From an uncultured Actinomycetota bacterium (GTDB lineage Bacteria; Actinomycetota; Humimicrobiia; Humimicrobiales; Humimicrobiaceae), in the NCBI GenBank assembly GCA_964610385.1, contig CAZSXW010000001.1, positions 84,261 through 148,260 of the forward strand: DNA of 64,000 bases. The letters are read 5' to 3'. Under the pieces are notes generated by a model. The model made no database searches, was not told the DNA's origin, and worked only from the letters and a program-made list of their open reading frames with translations. The translations under genes were made by a program, and so were the position numbers. This document shows, piece by piece, positions 57,718 to 64,000 of the stretch (position 1 is its first letter; every line of letters starts with the position of its first letter).

Positions 57718-58754
57718 TCTTGTTCTTCCTCTTGGTCATTATTAAGAGTACCCTCTACATCTGTAAAGTATTTTATATTCACTTTCTCTATCAATGAATA
57801 AATAAAATTGATCCATTCTTCTGATTTATGTGAATCCAATAGATATGTTTTTAAATCTTCTTCGATTTCTTCATAATCCTGATAATACTCTTCCTTACGG
57901 TCAATTGCTTTTATGATATGAAATCCATATACAGTCTCAACGATACCGCTTGTTTCCCCCTCATCCAGTGAAAATAATGCCTGGTCAAATTCTTCTACCA
58001 TTTGTCCTTCGCTTATATAGCCCAGGTCTCCTCCGTTTTCAGCAGTTGACTGGTCGTCCGAATACAGTCGTGCCAGCTCTTCAAAATCTTCCCCATCTTT
58101 TAATTTATCCCGTATCATCTCTATTTTATCCCGGGCTTCTTCTCTTCCCTCTTCAGTTTCTTCAGAACCGTCTTCCACCCAGGGGAACATAGCCAGAATA
58201 TGGCTTGCTTTTATCTGCACCGGGACTAAAAAATCTTCTTTTTTATCATTATAATACTCTCTTGCTTCCCGGTCAGTCACTTCTATGTTCACAGTGATTT
58301 TCTCATATATTTCGCTGCTTATCATCTGGTTTTTTAAATAGTCCTTTAAGAAACCTCTATCCATACCCATGCTCTTTAAAGCACTTTCAAAATCTTTTTC
58401 CGACCCGTATGTATCGACCAACGACTCCACCTGTTCATCAACTTCCTGATCGCTTACATTAATATTATTTTCTTCAGCATACTTCTCAAGAAGTTTTATG
58501 ACTATAAGTGAATCGATAATATTTACTTCCAGTGTCTTTAATTCCTCTTCGTTTTCGGCTAATTCTCCATCCTGACTCTGACTGCTTATAAAATTCATAT
58601 AGGCATCTACTTCTTTTTGTTTTACCTCTATTCCATCCACCGTAGCTACAGTTTTACTGTAAAAAACAAATAAATAGATAAGTGTTGCAGAAACCAATAA
58701 AACAACGGAGAATACGATAATGAGAATTACGTTTCTTTTTAATTTTCCCTTCAA
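57714..58754 (-). CDS. Membrane-anchored parvulin/PpiC foldase (PrsA/SurA-like)
   Basis: N-terminal TM, SurA_N-like helices, ASHIL, FEELARLYSDD, GGDLG, MV.EF, YGFHII. Confidence 0.88.
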   Translation of the reverse strand: MKGKLKRNVILIIVFSVVLLVSATLIYLFVFYSKTVATVDGIEVKQKEVDAYMNFISSQSQDGELAENEEELKTLEVNIIDSLIVIKLLEKYAEENNINVSDQEVDEQVESLVDTYGSEKDFESALKSMGMDRGFLKDYLKNQMISSEIYEKITVNIEVTDREAREYYNDKKEDFLVPVQIKASHILAMFPWVEDGSEETEEGREEARDKIEMIRDKLKDGEDFEELARLYSDDQSTAENGGDLGYISEGQMVEEFDQALFSLDEGETSGIVETVYGFHIIKAIDRKEEYYQDYEEIEEDLKTYLLDSHKSEEWINFIYSLIEKVNIKYFTDVEGTLNNDQEEEQE

Positions 58755-58782
58755 TCCTTACCTTCCTTCTTTTTGATAAATG

Positions 58783-61700
58783 TTACGTAAAACTTATTAT
58801 ATCATTTAGATAGCTTAACACTAAATCCAAATCAATATCTCTTTGAACTTTTTTTATTACAATTTGTTTCGGTACCTGCTCATATACCAGATTTTTATTC
58901 TTTCTATTTATTTCTCTTGCTTTTTTCTCATTCATGATCACTTTTTTTAAGATAATCCCCTTCCTGCTGGAGAAAATGAGCTTTTCTATTTTTACTTTCT
59001 TAAGCAAATATTTTATTTTTGCTATGTTTATAAGGTTTTCCACCACTGGCGGTGCTTCTTTATATCTTGAAATCATCTTTTTTCTGATCTCTTCTATATC
59101 TTCAAGACTTTCGGCACCACCGAGAACTTTATAGATATTGATCCTGTCTCTTTCATTTTCAATATAATTTCTTGGGATATATGCACTTACAGGTAAATCT
59201 ATTTGAATGTTTATGTCCTCTTCTATCTTTTTACCCTTTAGTTTTTCAATCTCTTCATTTACTATCTGGCAGTACATATCGAAACCGACACTGTTAATAT
59301 GACCGTGCTGCCTTGGACCCAGTATTTCCCCCGCTCCCCTTATCTCCAGATCTCTCATAGCCACATTATATCCCGAGCCGAGGTCGGTATATTCGGTCAG
59401 GGCTTTGAGCCTTTGAAACGCAGCAAGACTTATATTTCCCTTATGAGGATAGAAGAAATAAGAATAAGCTCTTTCGGAAGATCTGCCCACTCTGCCCCTT
59501 AATTGATAAAGCTGGGAAAGACCGAATAAATGCGAATTCTCCACAATCAATGTATTGACATTGGCAATATCCATACCGGATTCTATTATTGAAGTGGTAA
59601 GAAGTAAATCGTACTTTTTAGCTATAAAATCGCTCATTATTTTTTCAATCCTGCTTCCCTCCATACGACCATGGGTCAGGGCAATCCTTGCTTCCGGTAT
59701 CAACTGCCGAAGATGGTTTTTTTTATTCTCTATATTTAATATTCTGTTATATACATAATAAACCTGCCCACCCCTGCTTATTTCCCTCTCTATCGCTCTT
59801 TTTATTACTATATAATCTGTCTCACCTACAAAAGTCTCTATTGGGTTTCTTCCTTCAGGATATGTCTCGATCAAAACGACGTCTCTTACTCCTGCAAGAG
59901 ACATATACAGGGTTCTGGGAATCGGGGTAGCACTAAGAGTTAGTACATCTGCCTTGGTCTTTAACAACTTTATCTTTTCCTTGCTGTTGACTCCGAATCT
60001 CTGCTCTTCATCAACGATTATAAAGCCCAGGTCTCTGGGTTTTACATCTTCCTGCAGGATACGGTGTGTTCCTATTATCATGTCTATCTTTCCATTATTA
60101 AAATCGTCAATTATTTCCTTCTGTTTTTTTCTGCTCCTGAACCGGCTTAAGACTTCCAGGATTACAGGATAGTCACTGTAACGCTGGCTGAATGTTTGAT
60201 AATGCTGATCAGCAAGAATAGTAGTGGGTACAAGCATCATAACCTGCTTCCCATCCTCTATAGCTTTAAAAGCTGCTCTTACAGCTACTTCGGTCTTTCC
60301 AAATCCCACATCCCCTATCATAAGTATATCCATCGGCTTGGGTTTACGCATGGCATTTTTTACCTGTCCTATAGCCTTTATCTGATCAGGAGTCTCTTTA
60401 AAAGGAAATAGATCTTCTATTTCTTTCTGCCAGGGACTGTCTTCCGGGAATGAATAGCCCCTGGTAGATTCTCTTTCTGCATATAATTTAGCAAGGTCAA
60501 TTGCAAGCTTCCTTACTGATTTTCTTACTCTATTTTTTAGGTTATTCCACTGCCTGGAATCAAGTGTAGTCACAACAGGTTCTTTGGCCCCTATATATCT
60601 GCCTATCCTGTCAGCCTGCCAGGTAGGGACATACAGCTTATCATTATTTGCATATTCTATTAAAAAGTATTCCCTCTTATGCCCACCGGCCTGTTTAGAA
60701 ACGATATCAATATACTTTCCTATACCATGGTTTTTATGGACTACATACTCTCCGGATCTAAAATCTTTGAAATCTTTTCCTGCAGAAATCCTTTCTTCAA
60801 ATACTTCGTAAAGCATCTGCTCATAGATATCCAATTCTCCGTATAATGAGAAATCCCCGGACTGGTAACCTCTGTACAACCTGCTGTCCGAAATATTAAT
60901 AATGTCTGGTTTAAGCAAAGAATATTTTACTTTGGATTCTGATTTTAGATGGCTGTATGATAACGAGTTATTCAATAATAACTCTTCTACTTTCTTTCTT
61001 CTCTCATCCCTTTTCACAGAGATGATGACTTTTTTACGACTCCTTATGTCCTTTTTAATATTGTCTATAAAAAGAGCAGAGTTCCCATAACTTTTTTTCT
61101 GCCTTGTTATACTGTTTAGATTATATTTATTTTTACATTTGCTCTCTTGCTTCGTGGAAACCAAATTTAATTTAAGATAAAAATCTCCGCTTTCAAGAAA
61201 ATCCTCCCTCACAAGGTAGGACTCGATGACCTTTATGTTGTCTGTTACAAGAATATCTTTATCCCTGTCCAATGACCTGTTTAGAATGTCTATATCGCTT
61301 TTTACTTTTAAACAGATCTCTAATGGGTCACATAATATGACTGCAAACTGCTTTATATTTTTCTTTAAAAGATCAATAAGGGAAATCATCTTACCGGTTG
61401 ATTCTCTTCTATCTTTCTTTTTTATTTCCCAGGGATTTATGTTTGGGAAGATAGATATTTTTTTTACTTTCTTTTCAGGCTTTTGATTCGAGACATTATA
61501 AAAGAATATCTTTTCTGCCGTGTCGCCAAAAAAATCAATCCTTATCGGGTTTTTGCCTGTCATGTCAAAAACATCAATAACCTCACCCCTTATGCTAAAC
61601 TCTCCCCTATCGTAGACCTGATTCACCCTTTCATAACCGCTTTTAATCAACCAGTCCATAAGTTTATCCCTTTCATACTCGCCCTCGGTCTCTATGGTCA

Positions 61701-62151
61701 TGCTTTTTAATCTACTTATTTCCGATGACGGCATTAAATTCATCAAAGAACTACTGGGAGCGATTATAAAAAAATTATTGCCGGATCTGCTGTCGTTGAT
61801 TAAAATTTTAATAGTCCTCAATCTACTGGTAAGATTCTCTGCAGCAGTGAGCTTGTTTTTATAAAAAATACTGTTGCCCAAACTAGTAAAGCTTAAAATC
61901 TCGACCCCGGGAACAATACATTTTATCTCATTCTCAAGCTCACACGCCCTTTCCAGCGTGGATGTAATCACTAGAGCGGGGGTCTTGAATTCATGCTGGA
62001 AACTGCTTATTATAAAAGGCCAGACATCCTCATCTGCAATAATAGTATCAGTACTTTTGTTGTCTTCTTTTGCATTCTCTGACCTTTTCCTTTTATAAAG
62101 CTCTACGAACTCCTGCCACTGTTTTTCACTTATAAAATTTTCTAAAAACAC
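58783..62151 (-). CDS. mfd: Transcription-repair coupling factor
   Basis: UvrB-like GEFSIRGEVID, RID VVHKNHGIG, GDVGFGKTEV, DEEQRFG, SATPIPRTL, QLRGRVGR, RDLEIRGAG. Confidence 0.96.
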   Translation of the reverse strand: MFLENFISEKQWQEFVELYKRKRSENAKEDNKSTDTIIADEDVWPFIISSFQHEFKTPALVITSTLERACELENEIKCIVPGVEILSFTSLGNSIFYKNKLTAAENLTSRLRTIKILINDSRSGNNFFIIAPSSSLMNLMPSSEISRLKSMTIETEGEYERDKLMDWLIKSGYERVNQVYDRGEFSIRGEVIDVFDMTGKNPIRIDFFGDTAEKIFFYNVSNQKPEKKVKKISIFPNINPWEIKKKDRRESTGKMISLIDLLKKNIKQFAVILCDPLEICLKVKSDIDILNRSLDRDKDILVTDNIKVIESYLVREDFLESGDFYLKLNLVSTKQESKCKNKYNLNSITRQKKSYGNSALFIDNIKKDIRSRKKVIISVKRDERRKKVEELLLNNSLSYSHLKSESKVKYSLLKPDIINISDSRLYRGYQSGDFSLYGELDIYEQMLYEVFEERISAGKDFKDFRSGEYVVHKNHGIGKYIDIVSKQAGGHKREYFLIEYANNDKLYVPTWQADRIGRYIGAKEPVVTTLDSRQWNNLKNRVRKSVRKLAIDLAKLYAERESTRGYSFPEDSPWQKEIEDLFPFKETPDQIKAIGQVKNAMRKPKPMDILMIGDVGFGKTEVAVRAAFKAIEDGKQVMMLVPTTILADQHYQTFSQRYSDYPVILEVLSRFRSRKKQKEIIDDFNNGKIDMIIGTHRILQEDVKPRDLGFIIVDEEQRFGVNSKEKIKLLKTKADVLTLSATPIPRTLYMSLAGVRDVVLIETYPEGRNPIETFVGETDYIVIKRAIEREISRGGQVYYVYNRILNIENKKNHLRQLIPEARIALTHGRMEGSRIEKIMSDFIAKKYDLLLTTSIIESGMDIANVNTLIVENSHLFGLSQLYQLRGRVGRSSERAYSYFFYPHKGNISLAAFQRLKALTEYTDLGSGYNVAMRDLEIRGAGEILGPRQHGHINSVGFDMYCQIVNEEIEKLKGKKIEEDINIQIDLPVSAYIPRNYIENERDRINIYKVLGGAESLEDIEEIRKKMISRYKEAPPVVENLINIAKIKYLLKKVKIEKLIFSSRKGIILKKVIMNEKKAREINRKNKNLVYEQVPKQIVIKKVQRDIDLDLVLSYLNDIISFT

Positions 62152-62273
62152 GCCGTACTCCCATAAACCAATAATCTCCGAGCAGAATAATTATATAAAA
62201 AAACAATTAAAAAATAAGAATAATAAGAGGATTTTATCGGGAATAAAACTAAATGCTTTCAATCAAGATACCT

Positions 62274-62831
62274 TCAGTTGTATTTATTCATGGCATATTC
62301 AATACCTTCTTCAAGGTAATCCTTGATCATATCCAGTGATCTGATTATGCATATCTCGACTTCTTCTCTTTCTCTTTTCCCAAACTCCTCAAGTACATAA
62401 TCAGACGGGTTCTGTCTTCCCGGAGGCCTTCCCAAACCAAAACGGAGACGGTCGAAATCATGGCTTCCAAGTTTTTCCACAATTGACTCGAGCCCCTTAT
62501 GCCCCCCGGTATTTCCGCCCGATTTCATCTTTAATTCTCCAAAATCAATATCAATATCGTCATGGATTACAAGTATTGTCTTTATCTTCTTTCCAAAGAA
62601 CCTGCAGCATAGATCAACGGCAGTACCTGAATCATTCATAAAAGTCTGAGGTTTTAAGATTATTAGTTTTTTCCTGTTATAGGTAGATTCTGTTACCAAA
62701 GAATTGAATTTGCGGTAAGTCTTCTTCTTTTCAAGACTGTCTGTTACTTTATCAGCAATTCTGAATCCTATATTATGCCTGGTAAATTCATAACTTTTTC
62801 CAGGATTGCCGAGACCGACAATTAAAACCAT
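62274..62831 (-). CDS. pth: Peptidyl-tRNA hydrolase
   Basis: GLGNPG, TRHNIGF, KPQTFMN.SG, HDDID, GGHKGL.S. Confidence 0.96.
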   Translation of the reverse strand: MVLIVGLGNPGKSYEFTRHNIGFRIADKVTDSLEKKKTYRKFNSLVTESTYNRKKLIILKPQTFMNDSGTAVDLCCRFFGKKIKTILVIHDDIDIDFGELKMKSGGNTGGHKGLESIVEKLGSHDFDRLRFGLGRPPGRQNPSDYVLEEFGKREREEVEICIIRSLDMIKDYLEEGIEYAMNKYN

Positions 62832-62833
62832 GA

Positions 62834-63577
62834 TTACTGTTTTTCCTTGGAACCTTTTTCCTTCTTATGTTCTTCTTCCTTCGGTTGTTCTTTACCTTCC
62901 TCTTCAGGTTCCTCTTTCTCCTTACCGATCACTTCGGGTTCGACGATTTCTTCTTCTTCAGCTTCTTCTTCAGTGACTAATTCTTCTTCCTTCAGTTCTG
63001 TCGGATGAATTATAGAGACAACTACTTCTTCGGGTTCGTTTAATATTTTGATTTCACCGGGAACATCAATATCAGAAACCCTGACTGCTATACCCATATC
63101 CAGATTCTTAATATCATACTCGATGTATTCCGGAATGTCTTTGGGAAGGCAGGAGATATGAAGTTCTCTCAGACCATGCTGCAGAACGCCACCGCCCTCT
63201 TTGACGCCTACGGCTATCTCTTCATTTATAATATGTATAGGCACGCTGGTCTCTATTTCATTTTCCATTTTTATCCTTAAAAAATCCAGGTGAATGAATT
63301 CTCTTGTTATAGGATCCCTTTGAAATTCTTTTATCAGAACAGTCTCTTTGGAATTCTTTTTTGCATCGTCGATCTGCATATTAAAAATCATGCTGAATAT
63401 GCTTTTCCCCTTGAGCAGGTTCTTGAATTCCTTTTCCTTTACCTTGATACTGACCGGCTCTTTATTTAAACCATATACAACAGCAGGTATATAGTAGCCG
63501 ACCCTCAATCTCTTAGAAGCCCTGCTTTTTATTTCACTTTCATTTCTCTTTTCGACTGCTAAAGCTATGTTTTCCAT
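62834..63577 (-). CDS. rplY: 50S ribosomal protein L25/Ctc with acidic tail
   Basis: IPAVVYG, Q..P....IHLDF, GVKEGGGVL, P..IPE.I..DI..L. Confidence 0.94.
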   Translation of the reverse strand: MENIALAVEKRNESEIKSRASKRLRVGYYIPAVVYGLNKEPVSIKVKEKEFKNLLKGKSIFSMIFNMQIDDAKKNSKETVLIKEFQRDPITREFIHLDFLRIKMENEIETSVPIHIINEEIAVGVKEGGGVLQHGLRELHISCLPKDIPEYIEYDIKNLDMGIAVRVSDIDVPGEIKILNEPEEVVVSIIHPTELKEEELVTEEEAEEEEIVEPEVIGKEKEEPEEEGKEQPKEEEHKKEKGSKEKQ

Positions 63578-63608
63578 TTATATCTGCACCTGCCTTGTCT
63601 ATTAGGAT

Positions 63609-64000
63609 TTAAACCAAATTTTCACCTTTGAACAACTCGCTTACCGATTTGCAATAATAAACTTTTTTTATTGTTTTTGCAAGCAGAGAGGCGATGGATA
63701 GCACTTTTATTTTATCTGTGCTTACTTTGTCTTTAAGGGGGATAGTATCCATCACTACAAGCTCTTCAATTGCAGAATTCTTTAGTCTTTTTACTGCATC
63801 ACCGGAAAAAATAGGATGCGTTGCACCCACATAGACCTTCTTTGCTTTATGTCTAAAAAGCATATCAACAGCTTTAAGCAGTGTTCCCCCGGTGTCTATG
63901 ATATCATCAAAGATTATGGCTTCTTTCCCTTCTACATCTCCTACTATATGCTCTATTTCCGCTTCATTGGGAGTAGGCCTTCTTTTATGAAGTATAGCAA
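63609..64000 (-). CDS. prs: Ribose-phosphate pyrophosphokinase, 3' part; runs off the window end
   Basis: The frame extends beyond the track ORF: KRRP..N...HIVGDVEGK.AIIFDDIIDTGGTL, then ATHPIFSG, VSELF. Confidence 0.95.
   Translation of the reverse strand, partial: AILHKRRPTPNEAEIEHIVGDVEGKEAIIFDDIIDTGGTLLKAVDMLFRHKAKKVYVGATHPIFSGDAVKRLKNSAIEELVVMDTIPLKDKVSTDKIKVLSIASLLAKTIKKVYYCKSVSELFKGENLV

Noticed and set aside
1-64000. CRISPR arrays, rRNA genes, IS elements
   Set aside because: No regularly spaced direct repeats, rRNA-like sequence or transposase ORFs were seen on reading either strand.

Overview
A low-GC (AT-rich), gene-dense bacterial chromosomal segment from an apparently anaerobic organism. 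The prs-rplY-pth-mfd-mazG...septum initiator-ppx-tRNA-Leu(TAA) order at the right end resembles the actinobacterial arrangement, so a deep-branching anaerobic Actinomycetota lineage is inferred, not shown. The window has about 60 CDSs and two tRNA genes (Val-GAC, Leu-TAA). I found no CRISPR array, integrase or transposase. Main blocks: a 2-hydroxyacyl-CoA dehydratase-type system with its ATP-dependent activator; a DHH/CBS tRNA nucleotidyltransferase; a lipoprotein GH10 xylanase; pabABC; an RRM/radical-SAM/RRM/sigma-70 cluster; DtxR-regulated feoAB with two clear operators; a 2-oxoacid elongation operon; ParA with two bactofilins; archease-rtcB; and a [NiFe]-hydrogenase operon. The two strongest observations: (1) metV and metF sit inside the operon of a Tat-less [NiFe]-hydrogenase, between the large subunit and its maturation protease, suggesting a cytoplasmic H2-driven methylene-THF reductase; (2) two tandem homocitrate-synthase-like paralogues have lost complementary catalytic motifs, suggesting an obligate heterodimer with one composite active site. 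All product calls come from motifs I recognised by eye; no database searches were run.
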